Positions 1-14,139 of a stretch of 64,000 bases of DNA are shown one piece after another. This DNA comes from Octopus vulgaris (taxonomy: Eukaryota): positions 171,182,001 to 171,246,000 of the forward strand of contig OX597815.1 in assembly GCA_951406725.2 (NCBI GenBank), in the 5' to 3' direction. The position numbers were made by a program, and so were the translations under genes. The notes beneath the pieces were generated by a model. That model was given only the letters and a program-made list of their open reading frames with translations, had not been told where the DNA came from and did not search any database. Each line of letters opens with the position of its first letter. The stretch's first letter is position 1.

Positions 1-653
1 GTAGTTTATGATTCAGTTGTACATTAAAAGAGGTAATGAACAAACAAAACATCTGGTATAGCTCCAAAACATCTGGCACCCTAAATTTGTAATACAACAT
101 AGAGCAGAGTAGTTATGATAAATATGTAAGGTCTCCTACAGCTGTTTCTAGAATACCTAAGCCTGTGGATCATATGTTAATAATTAAAAATTACCACATA
201 AGCTAAGTATTCCGTCATCGGAGAGAGAAAACTAAGAAAATATTGAAATGTAGAATACCCTCAATCGAAGATATTAATAGTTACCAGTTCTTCGAGAAAC
301 CAAGGTGAAAGGTAGATGTGTTTGGTATTTCCGTGATCGAAGAGTTAATAGCATTCCAGGTAAAAGATAATGTCAATTAGTAATTCCATAAGAGAAGTTT
401 CGAGGAGAATATCTAACAATGGATAATAAAAGTTATTAGCTTCTTCTTTGAAAAGAAAGTTACTTAGCTAACGTTGAATTCTTTACTCATTAACATATGA
501 TCTTCATGGTAAAGTATTCTAGACACATCTGTAAGAGACTTTGCGTAATTATTATAACTACTTTGTACTATGTTTATGTTATAAATTAAATGTTATGGAA
601 TGATACCAGATGTTTTGCCTGTTTATTATTTGCTTTAATTTACACACAGGAAG

Positions 654-676
654 ACACACACACACACACTCACACA

Positions 677-739
<63 letters not shown>

Positions 740-769
740 ACATACAGGTATACGCACGCACGCGCACAC
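654..769. repeat. (CA)n microsatellite
   Basis: Direct read of a CA dinucleotide run; it generates the spurious VCVC/THTH ORFs. Confidence 0.95.
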
Positions 770-3700
770 AAAATACAAATGGATAAAAAACACCCTGGCC
801 ACTACGGGCAAGTAGGGGAGCAAAATAATATTCAAGCTACATTAGATTAAATTAAATTAAATTTAGATGAGTAAATAAGTAAATGAGTATGTGAGTGAGT
901 ACGATAACTAAAGCAATATGACTTAGGGGATATAATCTTAAGGGACAGCATAAAAAATAAATTATTGCAAACGTATTAAGATAAAAAATAAAAATAAAAA
1001 TGTAAAATATAAAATATATTTATCCATTTATTTATTTTTTTTAATTTATTTATTTATTAATTTGTCTGATTTGCTTTTGTGCTATCTGTCAACCATCAAC
1101 GAACCGGAAACGCGCCATAGTTTTTTTTTAAACAATAGCTGACCAATTAAGTTGCAGGACTGACCTTAACCCCCACCCCACTGCACACAAGGATTTAGGG
1201 ACTTGTTGATCGAATAAAGGAATGTTGTACTTTGGTCACCACGGAGAGCCTGTTCGTCATAGGTTTACCAATTTACAGCTGAACGGACTGGAGCCACGTG
1301 ATATAAAGTGTTTTGTTCAAGAACACTACACATCGCTGGTTAGGAATCGAGTCCACGATCTTGCGATCGAGTACAACATCCTAACACATACATGTGTGTA
1401 TGTGTGTGTGTGTCTGTGTGTGTGTGTGTGTGTATGTGTGTGTGTGTGCGAGCGTTTCTTTGTGTATGTGTGTGTGGGGAGGGATAGGGAAATCAGAAAA
1501 TTATCAGTCGTATTCTTCATTTCCTCTATTTAATAATGCTCGGGTGAAACAGTTAATAACCTTCAGTTTAGAGAAATCTAAAAAATTGTTTAGTTTCATA
1601 TATTAAATTATTATTGTAACATATTAATATCAGATGAGTCGAAATTTATGAAGCAATTCTCTTCCATCTCAGCTACTCATATATATATATTGAGAGAGAG
1701 AGATTTCACAATGGCTTCCCTTGATGGGTACCGGCTAACAGTTTGTATGAAGTATATGTACATAATAAATGATATTTAACGGAAGAGGATAATCCATACC
1801 ATCAACTGCAGTACTTGACTGGTACTTTATTTTATCCTCCCAGAAAGAATGAAATACAAAGTCGGCGTCAGTGAGATTTGAATTCAGAATTGCTGGAAAA
1901 GATACTGCTAAAAAGTTTCTCGATGATCAAACTATTCTACCAACCTACGGCGTTTACAAATAGAGCGTTTACAAAAGACAAATAGAGCAAAACTCAACAG
2001 AAGGAGAAACTCTAAAGAAGATCTGTACGGTTATACTTAACCAATATTTGGCTTTCACTGCAGCCCCAAGGCTGCCACGAGTTTATTGACTTCGTGGCGT
2101 ATTCATGAGTATAGCAGTTGTAAGTGTACTTGGAGCCTGTAGTTCTTTCTTAAATTGTTCAGAAGAGTTTGCTGGATTTCATTGCCTCCAATACATGGAT
2201 CGTGGTAGTAACAAAATTCAACTCATTTCTAACACATCCGATGAAAAACGGGTTTGAGTTTAGGGCAGACTCCATGTGAGATAATTACATTGGTAAATAA
2301 TGTAAATGAGAACAATGATTGCTTCCTGTGCTGAGATAGAACAAATGTCTCCAATATGCCATGGTCTAAGGTGTCAGGGCTACGCTAAACCATTATGTAA
2401 AAAATAAATTTTGCTTCTTTAAATTTAGTAACTTTAAAAAATGATGAAAGCTGATAATCGAAAATTATTCTCTTTTTATGAGGTTTGAGAATACTTTGAC
2501 TATAAACTTATAAGAGATTCGGTGCATATCTGAATAAATGCAGCATTTGAGCTTAATGGTCTGACAGCACACCTTTGGTCATTCGTTCAGTTTCGAGATT
2601 TTTGTCATTAATTCTAGAACTGTCGCATGATCTTTCTCACAGGGAAGCTTTCGCCTGCATAATGAAGGTAACGAAAGCAATTGACATAAAGTAACTGGTA
2701 TAAATTGACATAAACTGTTTCATAAGAGAGGAAGGGTATAATTAATCTTCTAACTCAGTGGATGGATGTAGTGTAAACAATGGGAAAACCTATATATTTC
2801 TTTACTTTTTTAATATATATTTCTTTACTAATGGGAAAACCTATAGGCTATATAAGTCGGTAATCGCATTTGAAGTACAAACATCAAGCACCATTTTGTG
2901 CTTTAAGAACTTGGCCTTTCGTCAGCTTGAGACGTTGAAAATTAAGAAAAGTTCATGCAATAACAAAATAATAGTTGATTTAAAATAAGTGAATAGTTGC
3001 TGATCAATACAGAGATCACAAAGCCATCTCGTGGCATGTTTAAAGTCACTTTCTAGCGGCAATTACTTTCATATATTTGAAAATAACATGACATTCATTG
3101 GTGTTCATGAGCCGACTAAACTTTATGCATTGGGCGCATTAGTAGAGAGCGTTACAATTCATGTATGATAATAGAATTATTGGTTGAAAAGAGGGAAGAC
3201 TCTTACATGACAGACAGAAACAAGTAAGATTTTCGTTTTAGACCACTTCATCGTTCCGAGTGATTTCAGTAGAAGCAAAATGAGTCCAACGTTGGTGGGT
3301 TGCGTGTTATTCAGGAGACAATACTAATGCCAATATGTGTGAAAGGCTGGGGTGACAAGATTGCCATCGCTTAGTAAACAAAAATAAAATTTGATTGCAA
3401 AATTCGTAAACGTAATAACATAACCAAAATTGCCAGCAAAGCAGCAGAATATATATCGGGAAACCAAAATGAAGAAACAAAGAATATTTTGCCCATATTT
3501 ATAGTATAGAAATATGATCTGTTTGCATTTGATGGGCATAAATACATTCGTTAAATGAATAATAAGTTAAGAGATAAAGCATGTTCAAATGTAAGGGAAA
3601 CAGAAAAACTAATAACTGTTAAAATATACAGTAATGGCGGTGCCCCAGCATGGCCACAGTCCGTGAGCTGAAACTAGATAAAATAAATAAAATAAGTTAA

Positions 3701-4088
3701 AAGATACAAAGAGTTAAATATGTATAAGTTAATAGATAAAAATCAGTAAAAATCAGGGAAATGAGCAGATGATACATTAAGAAAAATTATGTATAAGGGA
3801 TAAGAATATTACTATGTATATTTTATATGCTTATAAAACAATTTAATGAATCTCAGCAAATATTAATGCTTGAAATCCATTAATGTACTGACTAAATTGT
3901 CCATTTTTTGACATAAGGTCATGGATGAAATGAGGAAGATTGGAAGTGATGACTGATCAATTATGAACCCTTATAACATATAAATAAATTATGTCGAAAG
4001 TTTGGAAATGAAAAATTATTTGCACAAATGAGTATTTAATAATGATAATGTGTGGTGTCCGAGTATGAGTCTGTGTGTGTGTGTGTGC

Positions 4089-4131
<43 letters not shown>

Positions 4132-4287
4132 TGCGTAGGTGTGTGTGCGTGAATGTGCGTTTGTATTTGTATGGGTAATAAACTTTTCCGTTAGCTACAC
4201 TGTAGTAGCAAGTGCAGTTTGTATTAAGGATTGAAGATTTTCATGCATACATTGAAATAAATTTAGCGCTGCTATTTGGAGAAGAAT

Positions 4288-4470
4288 AGGCGCTGGTATG
4301 GTTATGTTGTTAAGAATAAGCACACACATTACTGTATGTTTAAGAAGTTCGTTCTACAACCATGGAATCCCTGGTTTGGTCTCATTGCATGGCACCTTGG
4401 GCAAATCTTCCACAAAAACATTGAATTGACCAATGCCTTGTGAGGGAAATTGGTAAACGGAAACTGTGGA
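4288..4470 (+). mobile_element. Degenerate 5' part of SINE family A
   Basis: AGGCGCTGGTATGG...GGCACCTTGGGCAA...GCCTTGTGAGGGAAATTGGTAAACGGAAACTG matches the copies at 12746 and 44351. Confidence 0.7.
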
Positions 4471-4639
4471 AACTCGCCATACAAACGCATGTATGTATGT
4501 ATGTATGTATGTATGTATGTATGTGTGTGTATGTATGTATATATGTATATATATATTTATATATGTATGTATGTATGTATGTATGTGTGTGTGTGTGTGT
4601 CGTTATTCATTTTTATTTCAATATTTCTTGTTCAAATTC

Positions 4640-4787
4640 CGTTCTGAGTTCAAATTCCGCCGTGGTCAACTTTGCCTTTCATCCTTTCGGGCTCGATAAA
4701 TTAGGTACCAGTTGCGTACTGGGGTCGATTTAATCGACTGGTCCCCTCCCAAAAGATTTCGGGCCTTGTGCCTAGAGTAGAAAAAAT
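4640..4787 (+). mobile_element. SINE family B, 5'-truncated
   Basis: GTTCTGAGTTCAAATTCCGCC...GCCTTTCATCCTTTCGG...GATAAATTAGGTACCAG central domain shared with 38051 and 49855. Confidence 0.85.
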
Positions 4788-4902
4788 TCTTGCCAATAGA
4801 CAAAGCGCCGATTTTTAACTTAGATCCATGACTCCGTCACTGGAACTTCAACATCAACAGGGCATGTATGTATGTATGTATGTATGTATGTATGTATGTA
4901 TG

Positions 4903-4933
<31 letters not shown>

Positions 4934-4956
4934 TTGTATTATGTATTAGTGTGTAG

Positions 4957-5258
4957 TGAAGCCCCGTAGTCTTGTGGTTAGGGTATTCGGCTCACGATCG
5001 TAAGATACTGAGTTCAATTCCCGGGGACGCGTTGTGCCATTGAGCAAGTAATTTTATTTCACATTTCTCCAGTTCACTCAGCTGGCAAAAATGAGTAGTA
5101 CCTGTAGTTTAAAAGGCCAGCCTTGTTACACACTGTGTCATGCTGAATCTCCCCGAGAATTACGTTAACGGTACACGTGTCTGCGGAATGCTCAGCCACA
5201 TACACGTTAATTTCACGAAAAGGATCAACTGGAACCCTCTTCGTCGTAACCGACGGAG
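4957..5258 (+). mobile_element. tRNA-derived SINE (family C variant)
   Basis: A-box-like TGTGGTTAGGG and B-box GAGTTCAATTCCC, then CTCCAGTTCACTCAGCTGGCAAAAATGAG core shared with 28002. Confidence 0.8.
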
Positions 5259-7079
5259 TACCAGTTTATGTGTGTGTATATGTATGTATATAAGTGTACT
5301 CTGTATGCATGCGTCTCTATATTATGCATGTTTCTGTGACTGTCTTTACATAAACAAACTTTGAAAAATAATTCCCATGTTTATGTCCCGCAACGTAATG
5401 TAAAACCAAAATAAATAAACAAGAATATAAAATATAAAATTAGCTTTTCAATGTAGTTTATTTTCAATGTAAAATAAGTATCATCTTAGATACATGTACT
5501 CTATTAGGAATATTATTTTACAGTCCTCTGACAGGTAGCTGTGCTCTTTTACACAGTTTTTGTGTAAATTCCGAACATGCTCTTGCCACACGTTTTTGAT
5601 TTAGCATCTTGTAGTTTTCATTCTGTTCTATCTTTCCTTATGAGAGGTTTCCGGGTTATCTTTATGTTGCCTTAACTTCACAGACTTCTCATTTCGAAAC
5701 GTTTCAGATAATCATAGCATCACTTATCGATATTTCGTATCTTTGAAGAAATTAAATCTTTATCTGTGAATATGGAAAATTTCATCTCGAGCGCATACAT
5801 CTATTGCAAGTCTGATTATGTTAATCCAGTTTTCTAATTTGATATTTATAAACTAGAATCGCTAAGACAATCGATGTTACGATGAAGCAAAAATTAACAC
5901 TGAAATCCACAAAAGGAAAGGCATGTCATTTACTTAATTGAGAATCTAAAACAATCGTTATCAGACATTTTGCTTTCTCTTTTGCTTAAAATAGCTATGC
6001 ATATTTCTGATTCCAAATACATACATATATAAACACACATATTGATGAAAACATATATGAAGACACTGTGAAAAAAGATAGAGCAGCCTGTGAATATTAT
6101 ACCAGACTTAGAAAAATATGGCTGTAGGAACTCCTCTTACAACAAGACAATATCCCATAATGCATTTGCTGTGCCAGTGCATATATGCATACAAATTGTT
6201 ACACACATATGCACACACTATCTCAGTGTGTTCCAATTGGTTTTTATGTATCTTTAACATATATCTCAACAATATTTCATAATAACTGTATCATTTAGTA
6301 ACGTATGTTTGCACCCCGTTTTTAGAGAATTTCCCCCTTGTTTTCAAACCCTGGAAGAGGAAAAAACTATAGAATAAGTATATGGTTTCTTCATAATGCT
6401 TTATTGTATTTACGCAGCGCGAAATCATAAGCGCTTTTTTATTGATGATGTCATCATTGTTGATATGATTAATGCTTACATAATTAAACCTGCTGCAGAT
6501 GTAGGCTTAATTACTGGTGCAATTTCAGTTAATGTTATAGTATTTGTTATTGTTGTTGTTTTAAAGGTAACCGATATTTTTCTTGCTTCTGTTTTCCTTC
6601 AATAATCTGTCATAATTATTTTTCAAATAATTGTTGCTGTAGATGGAGGAGTAATGGTGAATATACAAATCTGTTGTACATGTAATTGTGTTTGACACTT
6701 CCTTCAACAACGATATACGTTTACCGAAGTAAGATGGTATTTGAGAGTCAATTAAAATGTGATGCCGATCAATAAGGTGAGTTCACGGCGTGAAAGAAGA
6801 TAATATTTAAGGTGATATGCAATTAACAATATGAAATGAGATAAGGTAAGAAAGACAAGTTTCGTGCTGAAGAATAAAATATCAAATAAGACACGATTAG
6901 ATTAACTGATTTCAGCTCACATGAGTTAAAAGGATATTAATAGATATGGTTTAAAAGCACAGCAATGCTTTAAAAGGGTAGAATACGATGGAAGGGAAAT
7001 AATTACGACGCTAAACATTTTATGAGAAGAAATAATATTTTAAATTAGCAATAAACTAAAAGTCTACTTTTATTTAATA

Positions 7080-7362
7080 TGTTCAGATAATGAGAAAACA
7101 AGGGAAGTGATCGTAACCGAGCATACAGTCTCGTGAGAAGAGATTAATCAAATGTTTGGATAAGGCATGCCAAATGCTAGAACTTTTGCAAAATTTTAAG
7201 GCGAATGGATGGAGGACTGTATTCGAGGTTACTTGTAAAGGAGCGTCTGTTCATTCAGGATGGAGTATGCTGACAGCCATTGAAACAATTGCTAGAGAGG
7301 TAAGCTATTTGGAGGGAAATGCAACAGTAATGGTTTTTTACTGGTTGTGAAGCGTAGAGAAA
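7080..7362 (+). pseudogene. Degraded restriction-like endonuclease domain of a Hero/NeSL-type non-LTR retrotransposon
   Basis: Translation TEHTVS*EE...ANGWRTVFEVTCKG...SGWSMLTAIE...YWL resembles the ELTVPWEE...GW...VEVGCRG...WLW signature. Confidence 0.6.
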
Positions 7363-8876
7363 CAATGAAAAATAATTAGGCCACTACTACAGATTTACCA
7401 ACAGGACGGTGCTATGGTTCAAATTCAAGTCATCCAATGATCGTTTAACATTGCCTGATGACTCTAACACCTACTCTAGTCAAGGTCACATTCATCAAAG
7501 GTGAATGAAAGGAAATTATTTGTAGAAGTTTTTATTCTCCTCTTTCATTAACAGTTCAGAATATCAGATTAAAATGCATTGTCTTTGATTCTTCCTTTAT
7601 TATTTTTGATAAAATCTGCCTTTCAGAAATTGCCAACAATAATGCCCTTACAATTAATTACATTTGCAACTACGTCCCATATTAATAACCAACAAGCACT
7701 GTTCCTCCTAAAGGATGAAAAAAGTTATTCTTTATTCAAAGACATTGCAGCTCTGGATATTTTTTACAACATATCCCTTTAATATGCGAACCCTCGTCAT
7801 TTAAATTTTATTTACGTTACATCAATTCAATACATAGACTTCACGATTGTTCTGAAGAAACCCAAAGATTGTAGACCTTAACGACAAAAGATATGATACA
7901 AAAAAAATTGTTGATGAACAGGGTATATAGTTATGCTAGATTGACAGTTACACAGGTACTAAAAGTATCCACATATATAAAATAGATACACATCAAAGAG
8001 ACGAAGAAATGTCAAATCGATACAGTTATGTCAACTGAATACAAAAATATTGATTACTTTCTTAAACATTAGTTGCTTCCACATAAGAAGAAGGAATATA
8101 TTCTATCCATACGTCCTCGCTATATTACAAATATTTACTTAATCAGTTATAGGAAATTAAAAGACAAGACGAATCTCTGTGTGATTTGAACAAAAATGTG
8201 AGATACTCATTTGGGTCTGATGAAGTAACTCGCTTTGTCAGTCTTTTTTATGCTATTATTTATATATGCACCACATATAAGTATGGGAAAATGAAGTGGT
8301 ATAAGAAATAGACACTGGTATCTGATGTAGCAACAAGTGTGGAGCTAATGTCGAATATGATTTGGATTCCTGCGAGAAAGACTCATATAAAAAATATGAT
8401 CTAAAGAAACGTAATTTTAAATTATGAATTATTTACTATTTCCTTACGAGAAATATTTTATTTGAAAACATATGAAGTTAATCAAACAAAGGGTTAAACG
8501 AAATAATACACTCTACGAAGGAATGTAAAATAAGAGGCTTATAATTTTGACTGTTATAAATATTTGTGCGTAGGTGAATGTAAAATATATAAATCATAAT
8601 GGAAATTGAAATCTGGAATGAATATATTTGTAGTAAGAGCCATAACATATGGTTTGGTAATATCTTTTACTGAAAAGTGAAATATTGCAGACAATTGATC
8701 GCATCAATACAAAACTATAAAATAAAACTACTTCTAATAAATCATATATTCAGCAACTATTTCTGCTATCTTTAGTAGACGTTGACCGACTGTGTATTAG
8801 AGAACGATTTAAAATGGTAATTATTATACATACCACCTTTCAATCTCACATAAACTTTACATCTTTTATTATAAAA

Positions 8877-8906
8877 CTAGCGGGACGCGTAAATATTTCA
8901 CGGAAG
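8877..8906 (-). mobile_element. Possible Helitron 3' terminus
   Basis: Minus strand: imperfect hairpin CCGTGAAATATTTACGCG, then CTAG followed by T. Confidence 0.35.
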
Positions 8907-10699
8907 CAATGGTTATTATTGAATACTTTATTCAAAAATCCTGAAACGTAGCCTGTGTTGTGTCTGCACGGAAAGATAGTCGCTCATCTGCTACTCATTG
9001 AAAAGTGAAAGAAATTGGAATACGATGATTATTTAAATCACTTTATATATAAACTTTATATACTTTATGTACAATTTTATAGACTTTAATATACAGGACT
9101 CATGAAATAAATATTCGCTCTTATTTTTCCATTTTCACCATAAACAAAAAAAAAGTGTCCCGTACATATGATACAACCTTTAGTTTCGTTAAATTGCATA
9201 TATCTGCCACGTAAATAAGCGTGAATATTTCACATAATTGCACTTAGGTGATATAAAAAACTTATTTCGATTATTAAAATGATACATTTTTCACTATCTA
9301 ATCACCACCATTACCACCATCATCATCATATCTCTCTCCCCTCTCTCTCTCTACATCCATTCTCTCTCCATCCTCTTTCTCTCTCTATCCTTTCTCTTCC
9401 TTTTCTCTCTCCCCTTTCTCTTCTTCCTCTCCCATTCCCTCTTCTCTCCCCCTCTATCTGCCTTTTTTAACCTCACCATCAGAACGTTACCCCTCTGCTA
9501 AAATTACATTTTTAACTCTCTTCCTCTACCGTCAATTAACTTTTTTAACCACGTAATAAATATCACATTCCCCTTACCTCACGTCATGAATGCTTCTCTC
9601 TCCCTCTTTCTGTCTCTTCGCCTTAGACTCTTTTTATCCATTTTCTTTTTCCTCCCTTTGGCTTCAACTAATCGCATGAAAATGTTACAATTACATTCCC
9701 TATACCACACGTCATGGACGCTTCTCATTCTCTCTATTCTTCTCCCTCCCCCGTTTTCTCTCTCGTTCCTTTCTTTCTCCCTCTTTTTCTCTCATCGCGT
9801 GAAAGCATTACCGACGGGCTAAGTAACGCAATAACAAGCAGAATTATTATAAAATACGATAAGACGATAGAATTTTAATCAAACGTGATCACAGCAACAG
9901 CAAATGACTTGCAAAACACAGGCTTTTATTTTCAACTGCTACCTACAGTATATACTGTACATACAATAAATATATGCTATTTCTATGATTATAACGTATA
10001 AACGGGAAAACATATCATTGTATGAGGAACACTTTAATGAGTTGAATAATTCTCGCATGAAAAATGTCCTCTTTAATGGGTACAAAGTTCAGATTAGGGG
10101 TATAAGCAGAACTAATCATTTTCTCCAATGGAGAAATCTATAATGCAGATCAGTTTTCTGAAGCAATACGCAATGTTTTCTTAAAATTAGTTTCAACCAG
10201 AACCCATGAGATATTTTTTGATACTAAAATCTATACTCAAGCAGTAATAGAATATTAACAGAACTTCTCCAGTCATCTTTATTAATGTTTCGACTGGGCT
10301 TCACTGTAGCCTACCTGGTTTAAAACCAAAAACTAATTGCCCTACTGTTGGCACATTTTAACCATAAGGCCTCCAAACAATCCCAGATACCATTATTAGA
10401 GGGGTGTCAATTCACACAATAAATTTCGTTATAAGACACTAAATAAAGCGCTATGAATGGCGCAGCAGCAACGCTAATGAATTCACTTTACAAAGAAATA
10501 AACCCTCGCTAACACATTTGCATCTCTTCAAGCTAACTAAAATACTTTTTCTCTCGAGATTGCCTATGCAATATACCAAGCTAATGCAACCCCATGGCGA
10601 ACGATATTCAAACTATTCTCTGACAACGTACTCAACTCTATAACAACACACAAATTAACAAAAGTGAAAAACCGTCACACTAAAATTAGTAAAACCTAT

Positions 10700-11680
10700 T
10701 GGTATAAATTCCGACATGAGGTAAATTTATACTTTTATTATAGGACACAAATGGTATGATAAAACAAAAACAATTGGAAATATCACTCTTATACTACGCA
10801 ACTTTATCATTAAAATCGGTTTGAGATTCGGCTTAGAAAAACTCACCAAAACGACCCTGAGGAAGGAAAATTAAGAACACTAATATACTAGATAAAGAAA
10901 TTGAGATAAAAGTTTTAGACTAAACATACAAATGCTAAAAAAATCAATGTAGTTGACAGTTTACAACACACAGAAATAGATGAAAAGATTCGAAAAGAAT
11001 ATTATAGACGAATCATGTTATACTTTACATGAAATTGAAAGCGAAAAGTAAAATAAGGTAACAGACCATAATACTCTAGCTGTCCTGGTCGTATATTGTA
11101 TTTACAATACACGCAAGTGGACACCTACCGTACTAAAATGACAGGACAGAAAGCAAGGTAAATAAGGATTACGCTTAGAACAGATCACCAACAGTCTGAC
11201 TGAGAATATATATACTACGTAAACAAGGTGGTAGGACCATATTAGATTAGAAAAATATTATAAAAAATACCATAGAGCTACAAAAATATCTAGTACAGAA
11301 TCATGGCAAATAATACGAAGTATTAACAAAACAAAAAAAAAACTGTTTCTGCCTTTAAGGGATAAAAAATACAAAACAGATGTTGCATTAACAGATAGCC
11401 ATGAAGAAAAACATAAATCATAAAATGGCTTAATTGTAAGTAAAAACTGAAACCATGAAATACCATGATGAAACGATAGAAAGGAAAGCCCCCCACATTG
11501 TCAATACTGATAAAGCTGAACCGATTGGAAGTAGACAATGAGAAATCTCAAGATTGGCCGAAAAGCGTAGGTCAAAGAGCAGAGACTAAAAGATTCTTCA
11601 TTTTCAGCATAGGAACAAAGTTTTCCGACAAGAAACATCAAAGGCTTATAATAAAGACGAATACAGTAACTGAAACATAT
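10700..11680 (+). pseudogene. R4/Dong-clade non-LTR retrotransposon RT-to-C-terminal fragment (frameshifted)
   Basis: Motifs IGLRFGLEK..KTTLRK, EKIRKEYYRRI, NTLAV, RKQGGR, VDNEKSQDW.KS.G.RAET..F. Confidence 0.8.
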
Positions 11681-11719
11681 GTGGCTAACAAATTATCTCT
11701 AGATTTAAATAAACTACAA

Positions 11720-11918
11720 TACACAGTAGGAACTGCAGATAAACCATCAGACAGCGGGACAGTATCGGACTGTGAATCAGCTGGTATCGGGCCGCATAAA
11801 AAACTTTTTTACTTGTATATGTATTTTACTGATTGTTGAAGTCGGTAGGTTCGTACCTCAGTCCATGGAAAAATTACATGAAACTGGTCCTTGATGCAAA
11901 AAAAGTTGGGAACCGTCG
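11720..11918. mobile_element. hAT-Charlie (MER1-like) MITE relic
   Basis: End CAGTCCATGGAAAAATT...CATGAAACTGGTCCTTGATGCAAAAAAAGTTGGGAACCG resembles MER1-like termini. Confidence 0.55.
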
Positions 11919-11994
11919 AAATACACCAAACTGTGTAGAATTGGGAATATTTGGAATGGCATACACAAGCAGTATTAGTATCGAGAGATAATAT

Positions 11995-12510
11995 TTATTA
12001 TTAAACGTAAATATTCTGTGAGAACAAACTTTACTACTGTAGAGGTACCACATGAGAAACTCTTATATAGGATTTTGCGCATAATGCGCGCTTGTGTAGA
12101 TCGCTAGCGGTGAAGTAAATCCCCACCAAATCCAGCGCTGAGAGCACCAGATAACAAGATTTCGACCTTGATTGGTCTTATCAGTGATGGACACACGACC
12201 GCTTGAGATACAGGTAACTCATTTCCCTGCCAGCGATATATAGAAAATCAGTGCCTAAACAGACACAATTAGCCAGTGAGCTTGATAAATACATGTATTA
12301 GCGACAGAGGCAGTATTAGTACCGGGAGTTAATACTTATTCCCACTTACACATAGATGATCTATTTGAACACACTTTACTGCAGTAGATACCATGAGAAA
12401 AACGCCCATATAGGCTTTTGGCGCAAAATGCACGTTTAGAATTTCTCTCATGGTATCCGCCACAGGGATGTTTGTTCTAACAGAACATCCGTGTTTAAGT
12501 AAGAATAACT
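11995..12510 (-). mobile_element. Penelope-like pseudo-LTR element with direct and inverted terminal copies
   Basis: ~70-bp direct repeat at 12032-12095 and 12367-12438, an inverted copy at 12440-12510, and a hammerhead-like motif between the direct repeats. Confidence 0.55.
12145..12189 (-). ncRNA. Type I hammerhead ribozyme-like motif (G8A, probably inactive)
   Basis: CAUCA-CUGAUAA-GACC aaucaa GGUC-GAAA ucuuguua UC-UGGUG. Confidence 0.65.
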
Positions 12511-12514
12511 ATTG

Positions 12515-12725
12515 ATTTCAAATTTTGGTACTGGCGCATCAAGTCCGGGAGAGAGGGTAAGTCGATGACATTGACCCCAGTGCTCAACTGGTACTTATTT
12601 TATTGACCCCGAAAGGATGAAAGGCAAAGTTGACCTTGGCGTAACTGGAACTTAGAACATAAAGACAGAAGAAATACAGCTAAGCATTTTATCTGGTGTG
12701 CTAAAGGTACTGCCAGTTCGCTACC
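12515..12725 (-). mobile_element. SINE family B
   Basis: GACCCCGAAAGGATGAAAGGCAAAGTTGACCT is the reverse complement of the family-B core. Confidence 0.8.
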
Positions 12726-12745
12726 TTAAAGTGGGAATAAATATT

Positions 12746-12922
12746 AGGCGCAGGAGTGGCTGTGTAGTAAGTAGCTTGCTTACAAACCACATGATTCCAG
12801 GTTCATTCCCACTGCGTGACACTTTGGGCAGCTGTCTTCTACTATAGCCTCGGGCCGGCCAAAGCCTTGTGAGTGGATTTGGTAGACGGAAACTTAAAGA
12901 AGCCCGTCGTATATATCCATAT

Positions 12923-12957
<35 letters not shown>

Positions 12958-13198
12958 GGGGGTGGGGTGCGTGTGTATGTTTGTATGTCTGTGTTTGTCC
13001 CCCCAGCATCGCTTGACAACCGATGCTGGTGTGTTTATGTCCCCGTAACTTAGTGGTTCGGCAAAAGAGACCAATAGAATAAGTACTAGGCTTACAAAGG
13101 ATAAGTCCTGAGGTCGATTTGCTCGACAAAAGGCGGTGCTCCAGCATGACCGCAGTCAAAATGACTGAAGCAAGTAAAATAGTAAAAGAGTAAAAAGA
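12746..13198 (+). mobile_element. Full-length tRNA-derived SINE family A with internal microsatellite
   Basis: AGGCGCAGGAGTGGCTGTG head with B-box-like GGTTCATTCCC, internal (TA)/(TG) tract, (GTAAAAGA)n tail; near-identical copies elsewhere in the window. Confidence 0.92.
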
Positions 13199-13384
13199 AA
13201 GTTCAAAAATACAACTTGACAGCCAGTCCAACTCAATAGAGAACAGCTTGAAATATGACTTCAAAACAACAGACTTAGAAATCAATTAAATTTACAAGCT
13301 AACTTTTTTTATATTTTTGACCTGCTGCACGAGATAACATCAAATGCAAGAAGATCGAATATATAATAGCAGTATTAATATATA

Positions 13385-13675
13385 TTTTTTTATGCGCCCT
13401 TTTCAAGCCTAGCCAGGCTCATGGGCCCGGTTTCCCGGTTTCTGTGGCGTTTGTGTTCCCTCCAGCTGGACGGAACGCCAGTCCATCGCAGCGTTACTCA
13501 AGAAACAGGAAGAAAGAGTGAGAGAAAGTTGGGGCGAAAGAGTACAACAGGGGTTGCCACCACACTCTGCCGGTGTTTTAGCTCAATAAACACATACAAT
13601 GCCCGGTCTAGGAATCGAAACCGCGATCCTCCGACCGCGAGTCCGCTGCCCTAACATCTGGGCCATTGCGCCTCC
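13385..13675 (-). mobile_element. tRNA-derived SINE family C
   Basis: Reverse complement of 53795-54090; tRNA-like head GGAGGCGCAATGGCC...GGTTTCGATTCC and a GCGATGGACTGGCG segment. Confidence 0.9.
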
Positions 13676-14139
13676 ACATATTAACAGTGTACTGTTCCTA
13701 TAAAATCAAATGTGATTCAGTGTGTCAGGCTGTATGCACATACAACACATACTTACAAATGCTGAGATGTACACACATAAACACGTGCATCGTGGGCAGT
13801 CAAGTCATAGAGGATTCCGCAGTTTCTTGTTGAATAATCTGAAGAGATTACTTGTACATAGTGATCAAATATTTGTGCTGTACATCAGCGCATTATCCTC
13901 CTCAAATTGACATTGTTTGTACAGGTGACTGGAGTGTCACATGTCAGAGATCAAAGTGATCGCAGAACAACGTGAGGTGAACAGTGTGTTGCTCATGAAC
14001 ACGATGCACCGCCCAATCCAGGAATTGAAACGGTGATCACGCACCCTCACATATACGTGTGTGTGTGTGTGTGTGTGCGTATGGTGATTTCTAGACATGG
14101 TAAAGTACTTGGTTGAGAATCACTTCATACAAGGTCTAT

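Noticed and set aside
2643-2667. 25-nt plus-strand microexon (TTTCTCACAG...AAG|GTAACG)
   Set aside because: No clear branch point and not frame-preserving; expected by chance in 64 kb.
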